This document shows positions 27,821 through 37,724 of a stretch of 64,000 nt of DNA, one piece after another. Below the pieces are notes generated by a model, which did not search any database, had not been told where the DNA came from, and worked only from the letters and a program-made list of their open reading frames with translations. Source of the stretch: Candidatus Krumholzibacteriia bacterium (lineage in GTDB: Bacteria; Krumholzibacteriota; Krumholzibacteriia; JAJRXK01); the NCBI GenBank assembly GCA_041484665.1, contig JBGPIA010000004.1:32001-96000 (forward strand), written 5' to 3'. The translations under genes and the position numbers were made by a program. How positions within the stretch are numbered: position 1 is the first letter of the stretch; the number at the start of each line of letters is the position of its first letter.

Positions 27821-29374
27821 CTAGCGCGGCCGCAGGGTGACGCACGGCACGATCAGCTCCTCCAGCGAGATGCCCCCGTGCTGGAAGCTGTCGCGGTATT
27901 GGCGCTCGTACTCGTGGAAGTTCGTGGGATAGACGAAGTAGTTGTACTCCTTGGCGCAGATGTAGTTCTGGATGGGCGAGTCCGACGGCAGTCCGAAGTC
28001 GCGTGGGTTCTTCATCACGAACGCGTCCTTGGGGTCGACGCCCAGGTTGTCTCCGTATTTGTAGCGCAGGTTGGTGGAGGCCTCGCGGTTGGCCTTCACC
28101 AGACTCGAGCGCTTGGCCTGCACCGACCCGTGGTCGGTCGTCACGACCACGACCGACTGCGGCGCGGCAGCGATCTCCTTGAGGGTCTCCAGCAGCGCGG
28201 AATGCTCGAACCACGAGCGCATCACCGAGCGGAAAGCCGACTCGTCGGGCGCCAGCTCGCGTAGCAGCTCGTTCTGGCTGCGGCCGTGGGCCAGGATGTC
28301 GAGGAAGTTGATCACGCCCACCACGAGCTGGACATCGCGCAAGGTGGGAATCTGCTTGCGCATCGCCTCGGTCTCGCCGGCGTTGAACGTCTTGAAGTAC
28401 TTGAAGCGGACGTCCTTGAGCCCCAGGCGCGCCAGCTGCGTGCCCAGCAGATCCCGCTCGTTGGCGTTCTTGCTCTTCTCCTCGTTGGCCGCGCCACGCC
28501 ACCACCGCGGGTAGCGGGCGGCGATCTCGACCGGCAGCAGCCCCGCGAAGATGGCGTTGCGGGCGAAGGGCGTCGCCGAGGGGAGGATGCTGTAGTAGCT
28601 CTCCCGCTGCAGCGCGTACAGCGAGTCGAGGCTGGGCTCCAGCACGCGCCACTGGTCCAGGCGCATGCAGTCGATCACGAACAGAAAAACCCGCGTCCCC
28701 GCCCGCAGGTGCGGCGCGACCCAGTGCTCGAACACGTGGTGGCTCATCACCGGGGCGTCGTGGCCCTGCATCCAGTCGCGGTAGCTGCGCTCCACGAAGC
28801 GGCCGAACTCGGCGTTGGCGTCGCGCAGCTGCTCGCTGTGGGCGTTCCACAGCCCGGGGTCCTCCAGGCGCGTGAGCTCCAGCTCCCAGGTCACCATCGT
28901 TTCGTAGATGGAGATCCAGTCGCGCCAGTGGCGCGCCTCCAGGCGCATGCGCGCCAGCTCGGCGAAGCCCTTCAGGTAGTCCTGGGTCACCTGGCGCCGC
29001 CGGATGGTCTCCTCGTCGAGGGCGCGCTTGAGGGCCATGAGGATCTGGGTGGGCTGGACCGGCTTGACCAGGAAGTCGGTGATGCGCCGTCCCAGCGCCC
29101 GGTCCATCAGCTCCTCCTCCTCGCTCTTGGTGATCATGATCACCGGCACGAGGGGATCGAGGCGCCGGATCGACTGCAGCGTTTCCATGCCGCCGCGCCC
29201 GGGCATCATCTCGTCGAGCAGGATGGCGTCGAAGCGGCGGTCGCGCACCAGCGAGATGGCGTCCTCGCCGTTGCTGACGCCGACGACCTGGAAGCCCTTT
29301 CCCTCCAGGAACAGGATCTGGCTGCGGAGCTCCTCGATCTGGTCGTCGGCCCAGAGGATGGTGCGGGCTGTCAT
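27821..29374 (-). CDS. PorX-like response regulator (REC + PglZ phosphodiesterase domain)
   Basis: ILWADDQI, LLDEMMPG, ITKSEEEELM, IDCMRLDQW, SILPSATPFARNAIF, TTDHG, FQHGGISLEE. Confidence 0.88.
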   Translation of the reverse strand: MTARTILWADDQIEELRSQILFLEGKGFQVVGVSNGEDAISLVRDRRFDAILLDEMMPGRGGMETLQSIRRLDPLVPVIMITKSEEEELMDRALGRRITDFLVKPVQPTQILMALKRALDEETIRRRQVTQDYLKGFAELARMRLEARHWRDWISIYETMVTWELELTRLEDPGLWNAHSEQLRDANAEFGRFVERSYRDWMQGHDAPVMSHHVFEHWVAPHLRAGTRVFLFVIDCMRLDQWRVLEPSLDSLYALQRESYYSILPSATPFARNAIFAGLLPVEIAARYPRWWRGAANEEKSKNANERDLLGTQLARLGLKDVRFKYFKTFNAGETEAMRKQIPTLRDVQLVVGVINFLDILAHGRSQNELLRELAPDESAFRSVMRSWFEHSALLETLKEIAAAPQSVVVVTTDHGSVQAKRSSLVKANREASTNLRYKYGDNLGVDPKDAFVMKNPRDFGLPSDSPIQNYICAKEYNYFVYPTNFHEYERQYRDSFQHGGISLEELIVPCVTLRPR

Positions 29375-29504
29375 GGGTCCTCCCCGATCTGGAGGCGTGG
29401 CGATCGCCGCTGCGTGAGGGGAGCGGCGCAGGAGCACAGCCACGCCGCGGGCCATGCGCGGGAGGACGGCCAGGCGCCGGCCGCCGCTCCCCCAATATAG
29501 AGGA

Positions 29505-30848
29505 TCATCCCGCTTTCAGCGTGACCCGCATCGTCGTGCCGACTCCTGGAGCGCTGCGCGCGACGTCGACGTCGCCACCGTGGTACTCCTCCACGATGCG
29601 GCGCACCAGCACCAGCCCCATCCCCCAGCCCGCCTTGCGCGTGGAGAACCCGGGCTCGAAGATGCGCCGCTGCAGCGCCGGGGTCATCCCCTTGCCGTTG
29701 TCGGACACGAGGATCTCGACGCTCTGCAGCTCGGGGCGGTAGCGGCAGGTCACCTCGACGAGCCCCTGCGCCTTGTCGATGGCGTCCAGGGCGTTCTTGA
29801 TCAGGTTCTCCAGCACCCACTCCAGCAGCTCCTCGTTGAGCGGCGCCAGCGGGACCTCCTCGAGGTAGCTCTCGATGCGCACGTGGCTGCCCAGGTGGGG
29901 AAGGCGCCGGCGGAAGTACGCGCAGACGCGCTCGGCCACCTGGTCGGCGCGCCCCAGCGAGAGCTTGGGGCGCCTGCCGATCTGGCTGAATCGCTCGGTG
30001 ACCTTGGTCAGGCGTTGCAGGTCGCGCGCGAGCTCGCCCAGCACCTGTTCGCGATCGAGCACGGAGTCGGCCGCGCCGGCGCCGGTGGCTTGCGCCGCCT
30101 GCGGGCCGCCCGCCCCGGGGCGCACGGCGCCGGGCGCGCCGCCGGTCTCCGAGAGCAGCGCGAGCCAGCCATTCATGCTGGTGAGCGGCGTGCCGAGCTG
30201 GTGCGCCGTTTCCTTGGCCATGCCGACCCAGATGCTGCGTTGCTCGCTGCGCTTGATGTTGCGGAAGGCCAGCAGCGCCACGCTCATGAACACCAGGATC
30301 GCCGCCGCCTCCAGCCATGGCATCCAACGCACGCGCGCGCCGAGGCTGCTGGCGCCGTAGTGCAGGTGGCCGATGGGACGCTCCTCCCCCGGAACGAGCA
30401 CGGCGATGGGCTCGCGCCGCCGGTCGAAGCGCCGCACGAGCTCCAGCACTTGTCGCACGTGGGGATCGGACGGGTTGCGGGGATCCTGGGCGAGCAGGTC
30501 CGCGTAGCGCTCCGGCAGCGGCACGCCCACTCGCCACTCGTTCCAGAAGTGGGGACGCCCTTCCCGGTCCGTCAGCACGAACGGGAACGTGACGTCCTTG
30601 ATCGCCAACAGCGACGCGCGCAGGTCGTGCTCCTGTTGGGGCGTGAGGCCGTGCTGTGGCAAGAGCAGCGTTGGCGCCGCGAAACGGGCGATGAAACGCG
30701 TGGTGAGGCGGTCCTGGAGCGCCACCTCTTCGGTAACGCGCAGCGTGAAGAACGCGACGGCGGTGCCGATCAGGACTAGCCCGATGAGCAGGTAGCTCTT
30801 GATGAGCGCGCGGCCCGTGGGCCCCTGGAAGAAGAGCGCCGGCGACAT
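29505..30848 (-). CDS. Membrane sensor histidine kinase
   Basis: Two TM segments, WVGMAKETAHQLGTP, ENLIKNALDA, DNGKGM, GWGMGL. Confidence 0.9.
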   Translation of the reverse strand: MSPALFFQGPTGRALIKSYLLIGLVLIGTAVAFFTLRVTEEVALQDRLTTRFIARFAAPTLLLPQHGLTPQQEHDLRASLLAIKDVTFPFVLTDREGRPHFWNEWRVGVPLPERYADLLAQDPRNPSDPHVRQVLELVRRFDRRREPIAVLVPGEERPIGHLHYGASSLGARVRWMPWLEAAAILVFMSVALLAFRNIKRSEQRSIWVGMAKETAHQLGTPLTSMNGWLALLSETGGAPGAVRPGAGGPQAAQATGAGAADSVLDREQVLGELARDLQRLTKVTERFSQIGRRPKLSLGRADQVAERVCAYFRRRLPHLGSHVRIESYLEEVPLAPLNEELLEWVLENLIKNALDAIDKAQGLVEVTCRYRPELQSVEILVSDNGKGMTPALQRRIFEPGFSTRKAGWGMGLVLVRRIVEEYHGGDVDVARSAPGVGTTMRVTLKAG

Positions 30849-30857
30849 GGGCGCGAC

Positions 30858-32126
30858 CTAGCCGATCTGCCTCACACCACCCATGTAGGGGATCAGCGGC
30901 TCGGGGACGCGGATCGCCCCGTCCTTGGTCTGGTAGTTCTCCATCACGGCCACGAGCATGCGCGGCAGCGCGAGCCCGCTGCCATTGAGCGTGTGCACCC
31001 AGGCGGGTTTGGCTCCCTTCTGGGTGCGGTAGCGGATCTGAGCGCGGCGGGACTGGAAGTCGCGGAAATTGCTACAGCTGCTCACCTCCAGCCAGGTGTC
31101 GACGCCCGGGCTGAAGACCTCCAGGTCGTAGCACTTGGCAGCGGCGAAGCCCAGGTCGCCGCTGGCGAGCTTCACCACGCGGTAAGGAAGCTCCAGCCGC
31201 TCGAGCAGCACCGTGGCGTCGGCCACCAGCTCCTCCAGCTCGGCCTCGCTGCGCTGTGGCGTGGTGAAGCGCACCATCTCCACCTTGTGGAACTGGTGCA
31301 CGCGGAGCATTCCGCGCGTGTCCTTGCCCGCCGATCCTGCCTCGCGGCGGAAGCAGGGGGAGAACGCCACGAAGCGCACCGGGAGCTGGTCGCCCTCCAG
31401 TACCTGCTCGCGCAGGTAGTTCGTCACCGACACCTCGGCGGTGGGGATGAGCCACAGCTGGTCGGGCGCGGTCACGTACATGTCGTCGGCCAGCTTGGGG
31501 AGTTGGCCGGTTCCGAACAGCGCGTGGTCACGCACCAGATACGGCGCGCTCATCTCGAGGTAGCCCTGCTCGCGCACGTGCACGTCGAGAAACCAGTTGA
31601 TGAGTGCGCGCTCCAGCCGCGCGCCTTCGCCCTTGAGCAGAATGAACCCGCTGCCGCTCATGCGTGCGGCCGCTTCCAGGTCGAGGATCCCCAGGCGCTG
31701 GCCCAGCTCCCAGTGCGGCAGCAGCCCCGGCCCGCTCGAGCGGGGCGTCCCCCACGTGCGCACGACCTGGTTGTGGCGCTCGTCGCCGCGCGGGACGTCC
31801 TGGTCCGGAAGGTTGGGAATGCACGCCTCCAGCGCGTCCAGCTCGGCAACCAGCGCCGTGATGCGCTCATCGCCGGCCTTGATGCGCTCGCTCACGTCGC
31901 GCATCTCCGCAATCGCAGGGCCGGCGTCTTGGCCGGCCTGCTTGCGGCGGGCGATGTCCTCATTGGCGGCGTTGCGCCGCGCCTTGAGCTGCTCCACCTC
32001 GCCCAGCAGGCGGCGCCACTCCTCGTCGAGGGACAGCACCAGGTCGAGGTCGACGGCTCCACGCTTGTCGAGGATGGCCTGGCGCACCCGGTCGGGGTGC
32101 TCGCGGATCAGCTTGCGGTCGAGCAT
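30858..32126 (-). CDS. serS: Serine--tRNA ligase
   Basis: LIPTAEV, CFRREAG, RVHQFHKVE, EVSSCSN, HTLNGSGLA. Confidence 0.97.
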   Translation of the reverse strand: MLDRKLIREHPDRVRQAILDKRGAVDLDLVLSLDEEWRRLLGEVEQLKARRNAANEDIARRKQAGQDAGPAIAEMRDVSERIKAGDERITALVAELDALEACIPNLPDQDVPRGDERHNQVVRTWGTPRSSGPGLLPHWELGQRLGILDLEAAARMSGSGFILLKGEGARLERALINWFLDVHVREQGYLEMSAPYLVRDHALFGTGQLPKLADDMYVTAPDQLWLIPTAEVSVTNYLREQVLEGDQLPVRFVAFSPCFRREAGSAGKDTRGMLRVHQFHKVEMVRFTTPQRSEAELEELVADATVLLERLELPYRVVKLASGDLGFAAAKCYDLEVFSPGVDTWLEVSSCSNFRDFQSRRAQIRYRTQKGAKPAWVHTLNGSGLALPRMLVAVMENYQTKDGAIRVPEPLIPYMGGVRQIG

Positions 32127-32275
32127 GCACGCCTCTCCAGGGGTTGCGCGCGCCCCGCGGGTGGCGTAAGAAGGAGGCGCTCCCGCGCGGCCGGCGCCTG
32201 CGGTGGACGTTGAACCTAGTCGACGGTCCGTCGGCGCGGCAAGACCCGATCCCCGGAAGCTCCCGCGACCCGCTC

Positions 32276-33007
32276 GTGCCTGCCCCAGCCGATGCCTTCC
32301 GCGAGGCGGATCCCCGCCACCGCCTGATCGTGGCCCTCGACGTCGCGGGCGAGGACGCGGCGCTGCGCCTGGCCGATCAGCTGCGGCCTGAGCTCTGCTA
32401 CGTCAAGGTAGGCCTCGAGCTCTTCTCCGCCTGCGGGCCGGCGATCGTCCGCCGGCTGGCTGGCGCGGGCCTGCGGGTGTTCCTCGATCTGAAGTTGCAC
32501 GACATCCCCGCCACGGTCGCCGGCGCGGCGGCTGCCGCGGAGCGCATGGGCGCGCGCATGTGCACGGTCCACGCCGGCGGCGGCGTTGCCGTCGCCGCCG
32601 CGCTGGCCGGCGGTGCCACCACCGGCGCCATGGCCGTGCTGGCGGTCACCGTGCTCACCAGCCACGCCGAAGGGGAACTGCAACGACTGTACGGCACGCC
32701 GCTGTCCACGGCGGAGCTGGTGCTGGCGCTGGCGCGGGCAGCCCTGGGACAGGGCGCCACGGGGCTGGTCGCCAGCGCGCACGAGCTGCCCGCGCTGCGC
32801 GCCGCGAGCGGGCCGCGGCCGCTGCTGGTGATCCCCGGGATCAGGCCCAAGGGCGACGCGCAGGACGATCAGCAACGCACCGCCACGCCAGCGCGGGCGC
32901 TGCGCGACGGCGCCGACTTCCTCGTCATCGGGCGCCCGATCACCCAGGCCAAGCTGCCGCGCGATGCGGCGCGGCGCATTCTGGACGAGATGAGCACAGC
33001 GGTGTAG
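32276..33007 (+). CDS. pyrF: Orotidine-5'-phosphate decarboxylase
   Basis: LIVALD, KVGLEL, FLDLKLHDIPATV, PGIRP, GRPI. Confidence 0.93.
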   Translation: MPAPADAFREADPRHRLIVALDVAGEDAALRLADQLRPELCYVKVGLELFSACGPAIVRRLAGAGLRVFLDLKLHDIPATVAGAAAAAERMGARMCTVHAGGGVAVAAALAGGATTGAMAVLAVTVLTSHAEGELQRLYGTPLSTAELVLALARAALGQGATGLVASAHELPALRAASGPRPLLVIPGIRPKGDAQDDQQRTATPARALRDGADFLVIGRPITQAKLPRDAARRILDEMSTAV

Positions 33008-33087
33008 CGTGGGCAGCGCCGCGCGGCCGCGCGCGGCACCGTCCTCTACCGCCGCGCGAGGCCTGCTTGAGGGACGCCAGCGAGGGC

Positions 33088-33675
33088 ATGCAGCCCGTCC
33101 TCACACCCGCCGAGGTCGCCCAGCGGCTGCAGGAGCTGGGCGCCGTGCTGCAGGGGCATTTCCGCCTGAGCAGCGGGCTGCACAGCGACCGCTACTTCCA
33201 GTGCGCGCGTGTCCTGCAATATCCCGAGCTCGCGCGCGAGCTCGGCCGCCTGCTCGCCGAGCGCTTCAACGAGCTCGAGATCGACTTCGTCCTGTCCCCC
33301 GCCGTGGGCGGCGTGCTGCTGGGGCACGAGGTCGCGCGCGCGCTGGGCCGCCGTCACATCTTCTGCGAGCGCCGCGAGGACGCCCTGGTACTGCGGCGCG
33401 GCTTCGAAGTCCTCAAGGGCGAGACGGCGCTACTCGTGGACGACGTGCTCACGCGGGGAACCTCCTGCCACGAGATGACCGACCTGCTGGCGTCGCACCA
33501 GGCCACGGCCTGTGGCCTCGGCGTGATCGTTGACCGCCGCGACGCCGACGTGCGCCTCGACCTGCGGGTGGAGTCGCTGGTGACGGTCCCGGTAGCGGTG
33601 CATCCGCCGCAGGCATGCCCCCTCTGCGCGGCGGGGGTCCCCCTGGACTCGCCCGGCAGCCGCCACGCGCGCTGA
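33088..33675 (+). CDS. pyrE: Orotate phosphoribosyltransferase
   Basis: GHFRLSSGLHSDRYFQC, LLVDDVLTRGTS. Confidence 0.92.
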   Translation: MQPVLTPAEVAQRLQELGAVLQGHFRLSSGLHSDRYFQCARVLQYPELARELGRLLAERFNELEIDFVLSPAVGGVLLGHEVARALGRRHIFCERREDALVLRRGFEVLKGETALLVDDVLTRGTSCHEMTDLLASHQATACGLGVIVDRRDADVRLDLRVESLVTVPVAVHPPQACPLCAAGVPLDSPGSRHAR

Positions 33676-33676
33676 T

Positions 33677-35200
33677 GTGAGCGGCTCGTTCTCGCGCACG
33701 CTGCTGAGCGCAGCGCTGCTGACGCTCCTGCTCTCCGCCGTCTGGTCGCTGCGCACCGCGCCGGCACCCAACTCCGACCGCTACGACTATGCCGGACGCG
33801 CCCTACAAGCGGTGCGGGGCGAAGGACTGCGGCCGCTGGTGGTATACCCCGTACAGCTCGCCGCGCCCGGCGGCGAGCACTGGCCCGTGCGCAATGTCTC
33901 GCGTCCCCCGGCGTGGCCGGCGGCGCTGGTGCCGCTGGTGCGCGCAGGGCTCAGCGACCGCGCGGGCGTGGTGCTGGCGGCCATCTGCGCGGTGGTGTTG
34001 CTGCTGTTGCTGGCACTGGTGGGCGACCGCACGTTCGGGCCCGGCGCCGGCGGGATGGCGGCGCTGGCGCTCGCCAGCAGCTTCGCCGCCACGCGCGCGC
34101 TGTGGGGGGGTGGTCCAGAGCTGGCCCTGTCGCTGCTCACCTACGTGCTGTGGACCTGGAGCCCGCGCGGGCAGGGGCGGCTGGCCCATCTCGCGTGCGG
34201 GACGCTCTACGGGATGCTCCCTCTCTTGCACCCCATCGGCTGGCTGCTGGGACTTCTGGCCCTGCTTGCGCGCGGCGACCGTTACGATCGTGGCGCCTGG
34301 GCGCTGCTCGGCGCGGGCGCCACGCTGATCGCGATCCCTTGGCACGTGCACAGTTGGGCGGTGTGCGGGTCACCTCACTTCTACGTCCAGACATGGGCCG
34401 AGCTCGCCAAGTCCGTGGACGATCCTGCGGGCTTTGGCCCCTACCGCGGGCTGACGCCCGCCTCGACGCTCGCCGTGCTGGGAGCGGAGCCCGGACGCGT
34501 GGCGCGCGCCGCGCTGCACAATGCGGTGCAGCTGGTCACCCACCTCGATGGCTGGCTGGCGTGGCCGCTGCTCGCGCTGGCGCTCCTGGGAGCGCGCGAG
34601 TCCCGCGCGGCCGCGCTGCGCGACCTGGTCCTGATCGCGGCCGCGCTGCTGCTGCTTGCGCCGTGGACGCGCGAGGAGCGTCTGCTCGTGCCCCTGCTGC
34701 CGGTCGCGAGCACATGGGTTGGCGCGGGGCTGGCCGGCGTGGCGCCACGCCGCCGGCCGCGCTGGTGGGCGTGGGGTGCGATCGCCGTGGCGGCCGCGCC
34801 CTGGATCCTGCCGCTGGGATCGACGCTGCGCCCCGGCGCGGAGCTGCGCGGCCTGCCCGCGAGCGTGCGCCATCCGCCGGCGCGGCTCATCCAGGAGGTG
34901 CGCGACGCGGCCGAGCCGGCCTTCCCGTTCTTCACCGACTCGGCGGTGCTGGCCTGGAACGCAAGGCGCCCAGCGATCTTCCTGCCCGACCGGCCGTCCA
35001 CGCTCGAGGCGATTCGCCGGCGGCCGGGATTGCGTGGAGTGCGGCTGCTGGCTCTCACCCAGGGCCCATCCAGCCACTGGACCGCTCCAGCGCAGGCTCA
35101 GTGGGACACGCTTACGGCACGGGCGCAGGCCGTGGTGCGGCTGCAGGAGGGCGGGGTGCTGCTGCACCTTCCGCCTGTGGCCTTGGATCCCGCTCCCTAG
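33677..35200 (+). CDS. Polytopic membrane protein, GT-C/ArnT-like glycosyltransferase
   Basis: N-terminal TM followed by SDRYDY, many TM helices, ERLLVPLLP. Confidence 0.55.
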   Translation: MSGSFSRTLLSAALLTLLLSAVWSLRTAPAPNSDRYDYAGRALQAVRGEGLRPLVVYPVQLAAPGGEHWPVRNVSRPPAWPAALVPLVRAGLSDRAGVVLAAICAVVLLLLLALVGDRTFGPGAGGMAALALASSFAATRALWGGGPELALSLLTYVLWTWSPRGQGRLAHLACGTLYGMLPLLHPIGWLLGLLALLARGDRYDRGAWALLGAGATLIAIPWHVHSWAVCGSPHFYVQTWAELAKSVDDPAGFGPYRGLTPASTLAVLGAEPGRVARAALHNAVQLVTHLDGWLAWPLLALALLGARESRAAALRDLVLIAAALLLLAPWTREERLLVPLLPVASTWVGAGLAGVAPRRRPRWWAWGAIAVAAAPWILPLGSTLRPGAELRGLPASVRHPPARLIQEVRDAAEPAFPFFTDSAVLAWNARRPAIFLPDRPSTLEAIRRRPGLRGVRLLALTQGPSSHWTAPAQAQWDTLTARAQAVVRLQEGGVLLHLPPVALDPAP

Positions 35201-35273
35201 ACGCTGCGCAGGTCCCCGTGGCCCCCGCCCACGCTTCGCGCGTACTGTAGACGCGCCATCCCAGAGCGCCGCC

Positions 35274-36176
35274 ATGAAGACCGCCGATCTGCTCGACCTC
35301 CTGCGCATCCCCAATGTCACCACCGCCGCCAGCGACGTCATGGCGGCCGGCGCACTGGTGGCCGCTACGGGCCCGGTGCCGGCGGCGGCCTGGGCGCGTT
35401 GGGCGGCGGCGCTGCTGGGTAGCGCCGCGCTGTACTGTGCCGGCATGGCTCTCAACGACGTGGCGGATGCACCACTCGACCGCGCCCAGCGCCCGACGCG
35501 TCCCATCCCCTCCGGGCGGATCGCTCGGGCGACCGCGACGAGGGTGGCCATGGGCCTGTTGGCCGCGGGGCTGCTGCTCGTCGCGCTGGCCGGCCGGCCG
35601 GCGTTCGCCGCCGGGTTGCTGCTGGCCTGCGCGATCGTGCTCTACGATCTGGTGCTCAGCGGTCGCCCGCTGGCGGGGCCGTTGGGGATGGCAGCCTGCC
35701 GTGGCCTCAACATGCTGATGGGGCTGCTCGCGCTGGGTGGCGCTCCGCCGGCCGGGCTCGCCGCGATCGCGATCCTGGTCGTCTACCTGCTCGGTCTCAC
35801 GCACTTGAGCCTGGGCGAAGTGGAGGGCTCGCCGCGCGCGGCCGTGCGCTCGGCCGTGGCGAGCACACTGCTGGCCGCCGTGGCGATCGTGGCCATCGCA
35901 TTCTGGATGCGCGCTGCGCGGCCGTGGGCCGGCTGGGTCGCCCTGGGCGCGTGCCTGCTGCTGTGGCTGGCGCGCCCGCTGCGGCGCCTGGCCGCCGCGG
36001 CGGTATGCCCGCAGGGCAGCGTGGTCGGACCGGCCGTGGGCGCGTTGGTGAGCGGCATCCTGTGGCTGGACGCTTCGCTTGCCGCTGCCGCGTCATGCTC
36101 CTGGGCTTGGCTGGCGGCCTTCGCGGCGCTGGGGATCGCGCAGGAGCTCCTGCGGCGGTCCTTCCGCGTCACGTGA
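35274..36176 (+). CDS. UbiA-family prenyltransferase, EboC-like
   Basis: LLRIPNVTTAASDV, GMALNDVADAPLDRAQRPTRPIPSG, MAACRGLNMLMG. Confidence 0.82.
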   Translation: MKTADLLDLLRIPNVTTAASDVMAAGALVAATGPVPAAAWARWAAALLGSAALYCAGMALNDVADAPLDRAQRPTRPIPSGRIARATATRVAMGLLAAGLLLVALAGRPAFAAGLLLACAIVLYDLVLSGRPLAGPLGMAACRGLNMLMGLLALGGAPPAGLAAIAILVVYLLGLTHLSLGEVEGSPRAAVRSAVASTLLAAVAIVAIAFWMRAARPWAGWVALGACLLLWLARPLRRLAAAAVCPQGSVVGPAVGALVSGILWLDASLAAAASCSWAWLAAFAALGIAQELLRRSFRVT

Positions 36177-36221
36177 GCGCGGGCGCGCGAGCGGGCCGCG
36201 GCTGTCTGAGGCGATGAGGCG

Positions 36222-37286
36222 ATGATGCACTGCCTGCTCGTGTTCGTCCCAGGTCTGGCGCGACGCATGGCCGGCCCCGCCCTCATGCCACGTACGTGGC
36301 AGTGGCTGCACGGCGCTGCCGTCGCCAATCTGGCGGTCTCCTTTCCTTGCCTACCGGCGGTCGTGCGCGCCACCGTGCTGACGGGGCAGCGTCCGGCGCG
36401 TCATGGCGTGCTCGGCACTCGCTCCCTGCCGCCCTCGCCGTCGGCACCGTCCTGGACGGCGCCAGCGCCGCAGGGTGCCGCGTCCCCGCTGTGGCTGGCG
36501 CAGCGCCTGGCGCTTGCGCGCCCGCAGGCACGCCTTTGCGAGCTGGGCGCTTCGGTCGAGTGCGCGCCCGCGCACGACGGCGCGGTGTCGGCGCAAGACG
36601 CCGCGCTGATCGACGCGCGCCACGTCGACCACGTGCGGCGAGCGTGGGGGCGCGAGGCACCGCAGCTCCTGGTGCTGTCGCTGCGCTCGCTCGCCGCCGC
36701 GCTGCGCGCGGCGCCCCCGGACAGCACGCCTGTGCGCGAGGCGGCGAGCGCGTTGGACGTCACGCTGGATGGTCTGTTCGGGGCGCGTCCGCGCGGAACG
36801 GCCGCGATGCTGTGCGCGGCGCCGGGCTTCGGCGCGGTCGCGCGCCGGGTCAAGTGGCCGCAAACCGTGCGCGGCGTGGTGGAGGGGTGCAGCGTCGTCG
36901 AAGGCCCGCTGGCGCGCCTGCGTCCGCCCGCGGGCGCGCGCGAGCTTCTGCGCCGGGAGCTGCTGCTCACCCCGGGCATCGAGCGGATCCTCGAGGAAGA
37001 CGCGCTCGCGAGCTGGGGGATCGACCATCCGCAGGCCGGAGACTTGGTCGTGCTCGCCGAGCCCGACGCCATTCTCGAGGAGGGTCGGCCCGCGGACGCG
37101 CTCCCCAGGAGCGCGGCGGGACACCCCGACCCGTGCGCGGCGGGCGAGCCCTGGGCGGCATGGCTCGCCGACGGAGTAGCGGCGGCCTGGCCCGAGCAGG
37201 TGCACGACTACCGGCTGGGAGCAACGCTGGTCGCGGCGCTGGGGCTTCCCCTGACGTCGCTCGCCGACCAGCCGCTGCCGCTGTGA
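36222..37286 (+). CDS. Divergent alkaline phosphatase/NPP superfamily protein, EboF-like
   Basis: VPGL, ATVLTGQRPARHGV, GIDHPQAGDLVVLAEPDA; metal ligands appear lost. Confidence 0.55.
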   Translation: MMHCLLVFVPGLARRMAGPALMPRTWQWLHGAAVANLAVSFPCLPAVVRATVLTGQRPARHGVLGTRSLPPSPSAPSWTAPAPQGAASPLWLAQRLALARPQARLCELGASVECAPAHDGAVSAQDAALIDARHVDHVRRAWGREAPQLLVLSLRSLAAALRAAPPDSTPVREAASALDVTLDGLFGARPRGTAAMLCAAPGFGAVARRVKWPQTVRGVVEGCSVVEGPLARLRPPAGARELLRRELLLTPGIERILEEDALASWGIDHPQAGDLVVLAEPDAILEEGRPADALPRSAAGHPDPCAAGEPWAAWLADGVAAAWPEQVHDYRLGATLVAALGLPLTSLADQPLPL

Positions 37287-37311
37287 TCCGCCGCGGCGGC
37301 GCCTCCGCGCG

Positions 37312-37590
37312 TCAGCGGAACGCCAGCCCGATCAGCCCCCCCAGCAGCAGCAGGGGGAGCCCCAGGATCAGTAGCACCACGAGCAGCGGCAGCGCCAGGG
37401 ACAAGAGCGGCGCGAGCACCGCGATCGCCAGCGCCACGGCCACCAGCCCCACGACGAGCTTCAGCAGCACCAACCCCAGTTTGAAGGGAAGCAGCAAGAG
37501 CCACAGCAGCAGCTTGAGCAGCATCAGGCCGGCGACCACCACGCCGCCGATCACGACCACTGTCAGGAGGATTCCCAGAGGCTCCAGCAT
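37312..37590 (-). CDS. Small hydrophobic membrane protein
   Basis: AAGGAG RBS; 92 aa, almost entirely Leu/Val/Gly. Confidence 0.6.
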   Translation of the reverse strand: MLEPLGILLTVVVIGGVVVAGLMLLKLLLWLLLLPFKLGLVLLKLVVGLVAVALAIAVLAPLLSLALPLLVVLLILGLPLLLLGGLIGLAFR

Positions 37591-37724
37591 GGCAGCTCCT
37601 TATGGTCCCGCGCGGCTCGGTCGCGCCCGCGTGGATCGCTCGTTTCTACGCGATCGGGGCCACGGGGGTTACACCCACTCCCCCCGCCGACACGGGCGTG
37701 CGCGCGCGCGGCCTCGTGCACGCC

